Assembly: GCA_945872365.1 (NCBI GenBank)
Contig: CAMBZJ010000015.1
Span: 6,228-70,227 of the forward strand
DNA: 64,000 nt
Source: Klebsiella pneumoniae
Lineage (GTDB): Bacteria > Desulfobacterota > Binatia > UBA12015
Reading direction: 5' to 3'
Position 1 is the stretch's first letter. Every line of letters begins with the position of its first letter. The notes beneath the pieces are model-generated. The model made no database searches, was not told the DNA's origin, and saw nothing but the letters and a program-made list of their open reading frames with translations. A program made the position numbers and the translations under genes. Positions 36,663 to 45,965 of the stretch are shown here, one piece after another.

Positions 36663-37807
36663 GGGAGCGACTCGAGGAAGGCGTTGAGTCCGATGCGCAG
36701 CGCATCCTCGAGCAGTTGCGGATCCGCGGGATCCGCGGCGGCCGCGCGCCGGGTCAGCCGCTCGACGAACTCGGCGACGATCGGCGAGCGTACGAGCGTC
36801 TCGTAGCTCGTGGTCTGCAGCTCGAGGATCGGCCGGCCTTCCGGTACGTCGCGGGCTTCGCCGGAAGCGGCGGGGCCGTCTGGAACCGCGACACCTGCGG
36901 TGGCGCTCCAGGCGCGGGAGAGCGCGCCGGTGGCGCGTGCACGCAGGTCGGCCTCGGGGAGCAGCGACACCCCGGAGAGCCTGGCCAGCACCCGTGCGCC
37001 CGGTCGCCGTGCCGCGGTGGCGAGCGCCGCGAGCCGCTCGATCGCCTGGTCTTCCGCCCCTGGTGCGCAATCCGTCTCGACCCGCTCCCAGAAGGGTACG
37101 CCGAGTGCGAGCGGCTCGTGCGCGAGCACGCCTCGTCCGGGTTCGAAGTCGACCAGCAGCGCACACCGCGGGCCGGTCTCCTTGCGACTGGTGGCGACCG
37201 GCGAGCCGGGGTAGGCGACCAGGCGATCGCCTACGCGTCGCACCAGGTTGCGTCCGCCGTGAATGTGGCCGAGTGCCGACCAGGCGAAGCGGCGCATCAG
37301 GTCCGACGCCGACGCCGGCATGTAGGCCCCCTCCTCGCCCTCGCCCGCGAAGGCGGCGGCGAGGCCGTCGGTGACGGTCGCATGGGCGACCAGGATCGAC
37401 GAGCGGGTGTCTCCGTCGAGGTCCACGAGACACTGTGCCGCGGTGCGGCCATGCTGGTAGGGAAGGCCGACGACGTCGATGCCGTGTACGATCGCCCTGC
37501 TCCACGGCCGTCGTGCGAGGACGATCGCGTTGGCCCCGAAGTCGGTGCCACCGCCGTAGGCGTCCACGTCGTGGTTGCCGGGGACGAGCACGACCGGCCG
37601 CGGCGCCACCGCCTCGATGCACTCGCGGACGAAGGCCCGCTCGCCGACCGCGTCGCTCGAGCGGTCGAAGAGATCGCCCGCGATCGCGATCGCGTCGACG
37701 CGGTGCTCCTCCGCGGCGGCGAACACCGTCTCGAGCGCGTGGCGGCGCTCGGGGCGATCCGCGCGCAGGTGGACGTCGGAGGTCTGCAGCCAGCGGACGC
37801 TCGACAT
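36659..37807 (-). CDS. Mre11/SbcD-family calcineurin-like phosphoesterase (YhaO/SbcF-like)
   Basis: LQTSDVHL, AIAGDLFD, VPGNHD and GHIHG metallophosphoesterase motifs. ATG 37807 (MSSVRWLQ), or alternatively 37831. Confidence 0.82.
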   Translation of the reverse strand: MSSVRWLQTSDVHLRADRPERRHALETVFAAAEEHRVDAIAIAGDLFDRSSDAVGERAFVRECIEAVAPRPVVLVPGNHDVDAYGGGTDFGANAIVLARRPWSRAIVHGIDVVGLPYQHGRTAAQCLVDLDGDTRSSILVAHATVTDGLAAAFAGEGEEGAYMPASASDLMRRFAWSALGHIHGGRNLVRRVGDRLVAYPGSPVATSRKETGPRCALLVDFEPGRGVLAHEPLALGVPFWERVETDCAPGAEDQAIERLAALATAARRPGARVLARLSGVSLLPEADLRARATGALSRAWSATAGVAVPDGPAASGEARDVPEGRPILELQTTSYETLVRSPIVAEFVERLTRRAAAADPADPQLLEDALRIGLNAFLESLP

Positions 37808-37830
37808 CGCGCCTCGACTTACCACCGACA

Positions 37831-39543
37831 TCAGCGCAGCGCGATCCGCTCCGGTTCGGCGAGTCCCCATACCGTGGGCCTGAAGTCGACGAGCCGGCGG
37901 CTGTAGGCCACCGCGATCTTCTGCCGGACGGTTTCGAGGAAGGGCATCTCCTCATGGAGGATCTGCTGGATGCGGCGGTAGAACACGGCGCGCTTGGCGG
38001 GATCGAGTTCCGCGCTGCCCTGGTCGAGCAGGCGGTCGATCTCGGCCTCCCAGGGCGTCGACGGGGTCTCCTGCCGGGGGTTCCAGAGGTGCAGGTTGCC
38101 GCTCGAGCGCAGGAAGTTCGCGCCGTTGTTGGGTTCGATCGACCCGGTGAAGCCGATCAGGATCGCGTCCCAGTCGAAGGTCGTACCGAGCCGTTCGACC
38201 AGCGACTGGAACGACTGAGGGCGGAAGTCGATCTTGAGCCCGATCGACGTCCAGTCCTCGCGCAGGATCGAGCACATGCGCTCGCGCAGGAAGTTGCCGG
38301 CGTTGGTCGCAAGCGAGAACTGGATGCGGTTTCCGTCGCGGTCCTCGCGCCAGCCGTCGCCGTCGCGGTCGCGATAGCCGGCCTCGTCGAGCATCTGCTG
38401 GGCGAGGGCGAGATCGTAGACCGGGTCCTGGATGTCGGGGTCGTGGTAGAGGCGGTTCGCCTCGGCGACGTACGCGACGGCGGGGGCCCCGAAGCCGTAG
38501 AAGATGGTCTCGATCATCCCCTGCTTGTCGACCGCGTGGGAGAGTGCCGCGACGAAGCGCTTGTCGGTGAACCAGCGCCAGCGCGGGTCGGTCACGCCTT
38601 TTCCCGTCGCGTCCCCGCCGTAGTGGCGCGGGTTGCGGTTGAAGGCGACGAAGAGGTTGCCGGGATCGGCCCCGATCTCCTCGACCCGGATCCCGAGCTG
38701 GTCGGCCCGCTCGCGCAGGTCGGCGATCTCCTCGGGGCGCGGGTTGTACCAGGAGGTCTGCCCGGAGAGGAAGCGGAGGCTCATCGCGTTCTGCTCCGGG
38801 ACGACGAGGATCGTCTTGCCCTCGACGAGCGGCAGCCGCCGTCCGTCCGCGTCGCGCCGCCAGTAGTCGGGATTGCGCACGTACTCGATCCACTGCGCGG
38901 GCACGTAGGACTTCATCCGGTAGGGGCCGGTCCCGACCAGCTCGGCGGGCTTCGCGTCGATCCCCCAGCGGCGGCTGAAGCTCCCGTCGGCGAGCGACCC
39001 GCCGAGGAGGTGGCGCGGCAGGATCGGCACCTCGACCGCGGCGAGGAAGGGCGCGAACGGACGCGGCATCGAGAAGCGTACGGTCGCGGCGTCGGGCGCG
39101 GTGACCACGATCGGCTGGCCGTCCACGGTGAGCGCAAAGCGTGCGCTGTTGGCGACGCGCTCGTCGAAGATCGCCTCGAACGTGAACACGACGTCGTCGG
39201 AGGTGAACGGCTGTCCGTCGTGCCAGCGCACGCCGTCGCGCAGGTGGAACGTGCAAGCGCGGCCGTCGCCGCTCCACTCCCAGCGGTCGGCCAGGACTGG
39301 TTCGGGTTCGGTGGTCAGCGGGTTCGTCCGAACGAGCGGCTCGAAGACGTCGGCGAGCGCCTGGCTCGAGGTCTGGTCGGTCACCAGGACCGGGTTGAAG
39401 GTGCGCGGGTCGCTCGCGGTCGCCGTGACCAGTCGGCCGGCCGGCGCCCGACTGCCCACCTCGATCGGCGTCCGCTGGCTGCAGGCCGCGAGGAGGAGGA
39501 AGAGTGCCGCACCGCGGGCGAGCCGAGGGCGCGCGGCATTCAA
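37831..39543 (-). CDS. ABC-transporter family-5 solute-binding lipoprotein (peptide/nickel type), orphan
   Basis: TTG 39543 overlaps the upstream stop (TTGA). Lipobox LLLAAC. FTFHLRDGVRWHDGQPFTSDDVVFTFE and GTGPYRMKSYVP are typical of SBP_bac_5. No permease or ATPase genes lie nearby. Confidence 0.85.
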   Translation of the reverse strand: MNAARPRLARGAALFLLLAACSQRTPIEVGSRAPAGRLVTATASDPRTFNPVLVTDQTSSQALADVFEPLVRTNPLTTEPEPVLADRWEWSGDGRACTFHLRDGVRWHDGQPFTSDDVVFTFEAIFDERVANSARFALTVDGQPIVVTAPDAATVRFSMPRPFAPFLAAVEVPILPRHLLGGSLADGSFSRRWGIDAKPAELVGTGPYRMKSYVPAQWIEYVRNPDYWRRDADGRRLPLVEGKTILVVPEQNAMSLRFLSGQTSWYNPRPEEIADLRERADQLGIRVEEIGADPGNLFVAFNRNPRHYGGDATGKGVTDPRWRWFTDKRFVAALSHAVDKQGMIETIFYGFGAPAVAYVAEANRLYHDPDIQDPVYDLALAQQMLDEAGYRDRDGDGWREDRDGNRIQFSLATNAGNFLRERMCSILREDWTSIGLKIDFRPQSFQSLVERLGTTFDWDAILIGFTGSIEPNNGANFLRSSGNLHLWNPRQETPSTPWEAEIDRLLDQGSAELDPAKRAVFYRRIQQILHEEMPFLETVRQKIAVAYSRRLVDFRPTVWGLAEPERIALR

Positions 39544-40478
39544 GGTGGCGTCCCCCCGCCCGGCGAAGCCTCGTCGAGGAACCGGAGTTCGCGCACTCCT
39601 GCGGGGGTGGGGATGGAAAAGGGGGGGCTTTCGAGGGGCGGGTTCACCTCGAAGGTCGAGTAGCGCAGCACCGCCTCGCTCGCGCGCGCGGTGATCTCGA
39701 CGCGGGTCGCGAAGGCGCCGGCCGGCGAGGGCGCGAAGGCGCCGAAGCGGGCGCGCAGGATCAGATCGCCCGCGATCGTCGAGCGCTCGTAGAGGACCGG
39801 GACGGCCTCCCCGGCGGCCGCCGCCGGGTGCGCGAAGCCGACCACGACGAGATCGTCGGGACGGTCGCGCACGCTCGCGTGCAGCAGCACCTCGGGCTCG
39901 GGGTCGTCGGGTTCGCCGGCCGCATCGGCCGTGCGCGAAACCCACGCATGCACGAGGTCGAGCGGCGGCACCGGCGCCACCCCGAGGAGTAGCGCGACCA
40001 CCTCCGACGGGGTTGCGACCACACCGGTCGCGGCCGCGACCGTCCGCACGTCGGCCTCGCCCCGCCACAGCATGCGCTCGCTCGGCGCCAGCGCGGCGAT
40101 GCCGGTTCCGTCCGTCGCGACCGCGTAGCCGACGCCGAACGGCGTGAGCGCTTCGAGCCGGAAGCAGTCGGGTGCCCGCACCAGCATCGCCTGCGACGCG
40201 CTCAGCCGCCGCCGCCGGACGTCGTCGCCGCGTGCGGCCTCCACCGTGATCTGCAGCTTGCCGGTCGCGCGCAGTCCGCGGAAGGCTTCCCGCCGCCGCG
40301 CGGCGATCGCCTCGAGCGCGGCCGGCTCCGGGGTGCCGGGCGCAGCCGGCGGATGCGGTGCAGCGGCACGCCTCGCTGCGGCGCAGCCGCTCGCCGCGAA
40401 GCAGGCGAGCAGCAGGGCCGTGAGCACGGCCGGCCACCCGGCCCGGTCGAGGCTCCTCCTGCGGGGCGTGGCCGCCAC
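39540..40478 (-). CDS. Putative outer-membrane lipoprotein, LolB/DUF4292-like
   Basis: GTG 40478 lies 3 nt after the TPR gene stop. Lipobox FAASGC. Size and beta-rich pattern (GKLQITVEA...FRLEALTPFGVGYAVATDG) resemble LolB-like proteins. The family call is from memory only. Confidence 0.45.
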   Translation of the reverse strand: MAATPRRRSLDRAGWPAVLTALLLACFAASGCAAARRAAAPHPPAAPGTPEPAALEAIAARRREAFRGLRATGKLQITVEAARGDDVRRRRLSASQAMLVRAPDCFRLEALTPFGVGYAVATDGTGIAALAPSERMLWRGEADVRTVAAATGVVATPSEVVALLLGVAPVPPLDLVHAWVSRTADAAGEPDDPEPEVLLHASVRDRPDDLVVVGFAHPAAAAGEAVPVLYERSTIAGDLILRARFGAFAPSPAGAFATRVEITARASEAVLRYSTFEVNPPLESPPFSIPTPAGVRELRFLDEASPGGGTPP

Positions 40479-40480
40479 GG

Positions 40481-42241
40481 TCAGAGGCTGCGACCGTCCG
40501 GCGAGGTTGCGCGCTCGCCGGTGCGGATCTTCTCCTCGAGTCGGGCGCGCTGCGCCGGATCCTCGGTCTTGGCCAGTGCCTCGCGGTAGACCCGCAGTGC
40601 CTCGGGCTCGCGGCCGAGCTTGCGGTAGGCGTCGGCGAGGTGCTCGTTGATCGTCGGGTCGTCGCCGGTGGACTCGGCCGCCCGCTGGAGTTCGTCGATC
40701 GCGCGGGTGTAATCGCCGCGCTGGAAGTAGACCCACCCGAGGCTGTCGAGGAAAAAGCCGTCGTTGGGCTGCAGGACGAGGGCACGCCGGATCAGCCGCT
40801 CGGCTTCGTCGAGGTTCTCGCCCTGCTCGGCGAGCGAGTAGCCGACGTAGTTGAGTGCGGCCGCGTTCTCAGGGTTGGCCTCGATCGCGCGGCGAACGGT
40901 CGCGACCGCCGCCGCGCGATCACCGGCCTCTCCCTGGAGCGCGCCGAGCACGAACAAGTAGCGGTCGTTCTTCGGCTGCGCTTCTACGAGGCGCTGCGCG
41001 AGCGCTATCGCCTCGGGCAGGTGCTTCTGCGATCGCTCGAGCGTGATCATCGTCTCCAGGATCTGGACCGAGTCCGGGCGCGCGGCGAGCGCGGCGGCGA
41101 TGTAGTCGACGGCGCCCTTCACGTCGCCCTTCTTCTGCGCGATCCCGGCGAGGAGCAGTTGCGACTCGACCCAGTATTCCGACTCCTGGGGCGTCTGTTT
41201 CAGGCACTTGATCGACTCGGCTTCGTCGCCGCTTTGGGCGTAGAGCACGCCGAGGAAGTAGGGCACCTTGGGGTTCTTCGGATCGGCGGCCTGGACGAGC
41301 CGGAACTCGTTCTTTGCGCGCTCGTATTCGCCCTTCTCCAGGTAAATCAGGCCGATCTTCATCCGGGTCTCGGCGGGATCGGTCTCGACCCGTTCGAGTT
41401 CGCGGAATTCGGAGATCGCCTCGTCGAGGCGCTTCTGCCCGACCAGAAGTGCGGCGAGGCGACGGCGCGCGATCTCGTTCTCCGGATCGAGGGCGAGCAC
41501 CTGCCGGTAGAGTTCCGTCGCCTTCTCCGGATGCCCCTGCATCTCCTCGACGAGACCGAGATCCGCCATGACCACGACCGAACGCGGGTTGTGGCGAAGC
41601 GCCTCGCGGAAGCTCCGCTCGGCATCGGCCGGTCGGCCCTCCGCCGCGTGGACCCGACCGAGGTAGTAGTGGCCCAGCGCCGAGTTCGGGTTGCGGCGCA
41701 CCAGGCGTTCGAGTTCGGCTCTCGCATCGGCCGGCCGCCCCGCCTTGCTGAGCAGTGCGGAGAGGAAAAGGTAGGCCTCCTGGGTCTGCGGGGACCGGTC
41801 GACGATCTCGCGATAGGCCTGCATCGCCTCGTCGTTGCGACCGCTGCTGGCGAACGTGCCGGCGAGCAGCATCTGCGCCTCGACGTCGCTCGGCGCGTTG
41901 CGCGCGCTGTATTCGGCCTGGGAGAGGGCGGCGTCGAGGTTGCCCTTCTTCACGTAGAGGCTCGCGAGGCGCCCGCGCAGCCGGGTCTCCTCGGGATCGA
42001 GGCGGGCCGCGGCCTCGAACTCGGCGAGGGCGACGTCGTCGTCCCCGTTCTGCAAGGCGACCTCGCCGCGCAGGAAGTGGGACATCGCCTGATCCTCGGC
42101 CGTCACGCCCAGGCGGGCCGCGGTCGCGGGTGAAATGCTGGGACCGAGCCGGGCGGGGACCTCGGGCCTGGGGGCGCGCATGGGTGCGCACGCCGACAGG
42201 GCCGCCACCGCGACGACCAGAAGGAAGGCGCGCGTTCTCAT
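40481..42241 (-). CDS. TPR-repeat lipoprotein
   Basis: MRTRAFLLVVAVAALSAC lipobox, then about 14 recognisable TPR units (e.g. YYLGRVHAAEGRPADAERSFREALRHNP). 586 aa. Confidence 0.85.
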   Translation of the reverse strand: MRTRAFLLVVAVAALSACAPMRAPRPEVPARLGPSISPATAARLGVTAEDQAMSHFLRGEVALQNGDDDVALAEFEAAARLDPEETRLRGRLASLYVKKGNLDAALSQAEYSARNAPSDVEAQMLLAGTFASSGRNDEAMQAYREIVDRSPQTQEAYLFLSALLSKAGRPADARAELERLVRRNPNSALGHYYLGRVHAAEGRPADAERSFREALRHNPRSVVVMADLGLVEEMQGHPEKATELYRQVLALDPENEIARRRLAALLVGQKRLDEAISEFRELERVETDPAETRMKIGLIYLEKGEYERAKNEFRLVQAADPKNPKVPYFLGVLYAQSGDEAESIKCLKQTPQESEYWVESQLLLAGIAQKKGDVKGAVDYIAAALAARPDSVQILETMITLERSQKHLPEAIALAQRLVEAQPKNDRYLFVLGALQGEAGDRAAAVATVRRAIEANPENAAALNYVGYSLAEQGENLDEAERLIRRALVLQPNDGFFLDSLGWVYFQRGDYTRAIDELQRAAESTGDDPTINEHLADAYRKLGREPEALRVYREALAKTEDPAQRARLEEKIRTGERATSPDGRSL

Positions 42242-42312
42242 CGCCGTCCCCTCGGGCTAACACGCGCGTCGGTGCGAGCAACCGAGCCTCGACGGAAGCC
42301 CTGAGCCAATCG

Positions 42313-43755
42313 CTAGTCCTCGCGTCTCGACGCAGCGACGAGCACCGTCTCGTGGACCCGACCGACCGCGAGGCCGTGCTCACGCGCGATGCGCCGGCAG
42401 TCGTCGTATTCCGGCATGGCCCGCGTCGTTCCGTCGGGCAGCACGACCTCCTTGACGGCGACCTCGCCCCAGGGCGTGGCCACGCACCTCGAGGTCCGTT
42501 CGAGCGTGAGCCGGGTGACCGGATGGATCCGCACCCCGATCGTCGACGTCTCGCGCAGAATGGTCGCGGCCAGGGCCTCGCGCAACGCGGGTTCCGCGAT
42601 CACGCTCAGCTGGGTGCCAGGCCGCCCCTTCTTCATCACGATCGGATTCAGCGTGACGTCGCGTGCTCCCGCGGCGAAGAGCGCTTCGACCGCGGCCTCG
42701 TAGAACTGCGGGTTCATGTCGTCGATGTTCGCCTCGAGGACGATCATCTCGTCGGTCCGAAGCGCCGGGCCTGCTGCTGCGCCGGCAGCATGTTCGCCGT
42801 GGCTCGCGGGGGAAGCGACTGCCGTTCGGGCCGCCCGCACGGCGACGCTTGCGTCCCGAGCCCCGCGCGCCGGTGCGAGCTCGCCGAGCACGATACGCAG
42901 GAGATTGGGCCGGTCGTCGAGTTCGCGGTCGCCGGCGCCGTAGCCCACGGCGATCGGCACGAACGGTCCGGGATCGCCCGGCTTCGCGAGGGCCGCCACG
43001 ATCGCCGCCCCGGTGGGCGTGACGAGTTCGCGGTCACCGTCCCACGGCAGCACCGGAAAGCCGCGCAGCAGTTCCGCGGTTGCCGGCGGTGGCACCGGGA
43101 TCACGCCGTGCGCCGATCGCGCGAAGCCGCGTCCGAGCGGCAGCGGCGAGACGTGGATGCGGTCGATACCCAGGTACTCGAGGCAGATCGCCGTACCGAC
43201 GATGTCGACGATCGCGTCGATCGCACCGACCTCGTGGAAGGCGATGTCCTCGGCCGACGTCGCGTGCACCTTGGCCTCCGCAAAGGCGAGGGCGCGGAAG
43301 ACCCGCTGGGCGCGGTCGCGCACCCCCGGGGCGAGTGCCGCTGCGTCGAGGAGCGCCCGGATCTCCCGGTAATGCCGATGCGAATGTTCATGGGCGGTAC
43401 CGGTCGTACCCGCGCGTACGTGGTCGTGCAGCGGTTCGTGCCGGTGATCGTGGCGGTGGCCATGCTCGTGTGCGTGCGGAGGAAAGTGTGCCGGATTGCC
43501 TGCGTGGGCCGGACCGTGGTCGTGCGGATCCACGGGCGCCGGGGCGCCGGCGGCGTCTCCCTCGAGCAGGACACGGAACTTCGCCGCATGGATGCCCGAG
43601 CGCACGAGGTGGTCGTGGCGAAGGCGGTAGCCCCGGACGCCTAGCGGGGCGAGGCCGGCATCGACCACTGCGAGCGGCACGCCCAGATCGAGCAGTGCAC
43701 CGACCGTCATGTCGCCCGAGAGCCCCGAGAAGGCGTCGAAGTAGGCGACGGTCAC
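42313..43755 (-). CDS. larC: Nickel-pincer cofactor biosynthesis nickel insertion protein LarC (DUF111)
   Basis: GTG 43755 overlaps the upstream stop (GTGA). YFDAFSGLSGDMTVGALLDLG, FHEVGAIDAIVDIVG and VTPTGAAI. The C-terminal domain has MKKGRPGTQLSVI, and there is an extended His-rich insert. It is a single ORF. Confidence 0.85.
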   Translation of the reverse strand: MTVAYFDAFSGLSGDMTVGALLDLGVPLAVVDAGLAPLGVRGYRLRHDHLVRSGIHAAKFRVLLEGDAAGAPAPVDPHDHGPAHAGNPAHFPPHAHEHGHRHDHRHEPLHDHVRAGTTGTAHEHSHRHYREIRALLDAAALAPGVRDRAQRVFRALAFAEAKVHATSAEDIAFHEVGAIDAIVDIVGTAICLEYLGIDRIHVSPLPLGRGFARSAHGVIPVPPPATAELLRGFPVLPWDGDRELVTPTGAAIVAALAKPGDPGPFVPIAVGYGAGDRELDDRPNLLRIVLGELAPARGARDASVAVRAARTAVASPASHGEHAAGAAAGPALRTDEMIVLEANIDDMNPQFYEAAVEALFAAGARDVTLNPIVMKKGRPGTQLSVIAEPALREALAATILRETSTIGVRIHPVTRLTLERTSRCVATPWGEVAVKEVVLPDGTTRAMPEYDDCRRIAREHGLAVGRVHETVLVAASRRED

Positions 43756-45152
43756 CGCTGCCCCCCTCCGCCTCGGCGCGCGCCCCGCGCGGAGCGGGTC
43801 GCGCGACGTCCGGCCGTCCGTTCCTCGGCCTCCGCCACGCACTGCTCGATCAGCCGGTGGTAGTTGGTCACGGTGCCGAACTGCTGCAGGTAGGAATCGA
43901 GTCCGATGAGCGCGCGCAGGAAGAAGACGCGGTGGCCGGGCGCCTTGAAGACGCGCTTCTCGAGCGCGATCGTCGCCACCTTCATGCCGCGCTCGACCGA
44001 GTCGTAGTGCCGGGGGTCGTAGTCGCCCACGTCCTCGAGCACCGGGTCGAGGATCGTCTCGAGCATCTCGAGCATCGGGGCCGGGTCGTCGTCGCGGTCG
44101 ATGTAGTCGAGAACCACGCACTGGCGGGCGGCCTCGGCGTGGTCATGGTCGAGGAGCGCCCGGGCGAGTTTCAGGTAGGCGGCTCGGATCTCCTCGGGAA
44201 AGATCCGGATCGAGCCGAAGTCGAGCATCGCGAGTCTGGGGTGGAAGGTCACCAGGTAGTTGCCGGGATGCGGATCGGTGTGCAGCGTTCCGAACTCGAA
44301 GATCTGCCTCCAGAGAACGCGGAAGTACTTGATCGCGACCCAGTCCTTCAGGTCTTGGTCGACGTGCGGGAGCAGGAACTCGGAGAGCGGATAGCCCTCG
44401 ACGAACGAGAGCGTGATGACGCGACGGGAGGTGAGGTCCGTGTGACAGGACGGGATCACGACCTCGTCGTCGTCGGCGAACATCTTGCGGAAGAGTTCGA
44501 GGTTGCGCGCCTCGTGCTCGTAGTCGAGTTCCTCGCCGAGCCTCTCCTCGAGTTCCTGGTAGAGTTCGTCGGAGTCGATCTTCTGGCGCAGCACGTCGCG
44601 CCCGATGACGGTGAAGGTCTGGAGCAGAGCCTTCACGTTCTTCAGGTCCTGCCCGACGGTTTCGTCGACGCCCGGGTACTGGATCTTGACGGCCACCGTC
44701 TCGCCGCTGTGCAGCGTCGCGCGGTGCACCTGGCCGAGCGATGCGGCGGCGAAGGCTTCCTGCTCGAAACTCGCGAAGAGCTTTTCGGGCGGCTTGCCGA
44801 GTTCCTTCTCGACCTGCCGACGGATCATCGCGTAGGGCATCGGCGGGACCTGCGACTGCGTCACCGAGAAGATCTCGAGGACCTCGGGTGGAAACAGGTC
44901 GTGCCGCATGCTCAGCATCTGGAGCAGCTTCATGAAGGCGCCCTTGAGTTCCTTGGAGCGCTCGACGATGAGCAGGGCGTTGCGCAGGTGCGTGTCGAGA
45001 GTCTCCTGCTTCTGGCGGTCCTCGGACTGGAAGGGGCGCTTGAGGGCGTTCAGCAGGTAGCTGCCGCCGACCTGGGTGGTCAGCGTACCGACCTTGAGCG
45101 CGCGGCGAGTGCGTCCGGTCGTCAGGTGCTTGGCGGGCGGCTTGCTCGGCAC
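43752..45152 (-). CDS. ABC1/UbiB-family atypical protein kinase
   Basis: GTG 45152. FAAASLGQVHRATL, VAVKIQYPGV and HTDPHPGNYLV. 466 aa. Confidence 0.88.
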   Translation of the reverse strand: MPSKPPAKHLTTGRTRRALKVGTLTTQVGGSYLLNALKRPFQSEDRQKQETLDTHLRNALLIVERSKELKGAFMKLLQMLSMRHDLFPPEVLEIFSVTQSQVPPMPYAMIRRQVEKELGKPPEKLFASFEQEAFAAASLGQVHRATLHSGETVAVKIQYPGVDETVGQDLKNVKALLQTFTVIGRDVLRQKIDSDELYQELEERLGEELDYEHEARNLELFRKMFADDDEVVIPSCHTDLTSRRVITLSFVEGYPLSEFLLPHVDQDLKDWVAIKYFRVLWRQIFEFGTLHTDPHPGNYLVTFHPRLAMLDFGSIRIFPEEIRAAYLKLARALLDHDHAEAARQCVVLDYIDRDDDPAPMLEMLETILDPVLEDVGDYDPRHYDSVERGMKVATIALEKRVFKAPGHRVFFLRALIGLDSYLQQFGTVTNYHRLIEQCVAEAEERTAGRRATRSARGARRGGGGQR

Positions 45153-45215
45153 GATGCCGCGGACGCTAGCACCGCCCCGCCGGGCGTGCGAGACGCCGCG
45201 TGCCGTGCGGAATGT

Positions 45216-45965
45216 TCAGGCGCGGTTCATCGCCGCGGCGGCCATCGCCGCTCCGAAACCGTTGTCGATGTTCACGACCGTGACTCCCGAGGCGCAGGAG
45301 TTGAGCATGCCGAGCAGGGCCGCGAGGCCGCCGAACGATGCGCCGTAGCCGACGCTCGTCGGCACGGCGATCACCGGTCGGTCCACGAGCCCGGCGACGA
45401 CGCTCGGCAGGGCGCCCTCCATGCCGGCCACGACGATCAGGACCTGGGCGGCGACGATCGACTCGCGCGCTTCGAGCAGGCGGTGGAGGCCGGCGACGCC
45501 GACGTCGTACAGGCGCTCGACCGGCTGCCCGAAAGCTTCGAGGGTGCGGACCGCCTCCTCGGCCACCGGCTGGTCGGTGGTGCCGGCGGCGACCACGAGC
45601 ACGGTGCCGCGGGTGGCGACCGGCGCGTCCGTCACTCGCGCGAAGACGGTGCGCGCGACGGGATCATGGACGGCGCCCGGGATCTCCGCGACCACCCGCG
45701 GGGCGGCCTGCGGATCGATCCGCGTGACCAGCAGGTTGTGGCCCGCCGCCACGATCCGCTGGGCGATCAGCGTGACCTGCTCCGCGGTCTTGCCCTGTCC
45801 GAAGATGACCTCGGGGAAGCCGACGCGCAGCGCGCGGTGATGGTCGATGCGGGCGAAACCGAGGTCCTCGAAGGGCAGGTGCTTGATCTCGACGAGGGCG
45901 CGCTCGACGGGCAATGCCCCGGCGGCGACGAGGTCGAGGAGTTCGCGGAGGCGCTGCGGGGTCAT
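45216..45965 (-). CDS. larB: Nickel-pincer cofactor biosynthesis protein LarB (PurE-like carboxylase/hydrolase)
   Basis: FARIDHHRALRVGFPEVIFGQGKT, VAGMEGALPSVVAGL and VIAVPTSVGYG. 249 aa. Confidence 0.87.
   Translation of the reverse strand: MTPQRLRELLDLVAAGALPVERALVEIKHLPFEDLGFARIDHHRALRVGFPEVIFGQGKTAEQVTLIAQRIVAAGHNLLVTRIDPQAAPRVVAEIPGAVHDPVARTVFARVTDAPVATRGTVLVVAAGTTDQPVAEEAVRTLEAFGQPVERLYDVGVAGLHRLLEARESIVAAQVLIVVAGMEGALPSVVAGLVDRPVIAVPTSVGYGASFGGLAALLGMLNSCASGVTVVNIDNGFGAAMAAAAMNRA

Noticed and set aside
36663-37955. Upstream extension of the SMC-like ORF (1175-aa version); similarly 39544-40785 for the SBP ORF
   Set aside because: The extensions overlap the preceding genes out of frame and are Arg/Pro-rich. 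Family homology begins at GTG 36662 and TTG 39543, both forming 4-nt overlaps with the upstream stops.
42313-43755. Programmed frameshift in larC, as in Lactiplantibacillus
   Set aside because: N- and C-terminal LarC domains are in one continuous ORF, so no frameshift is required.
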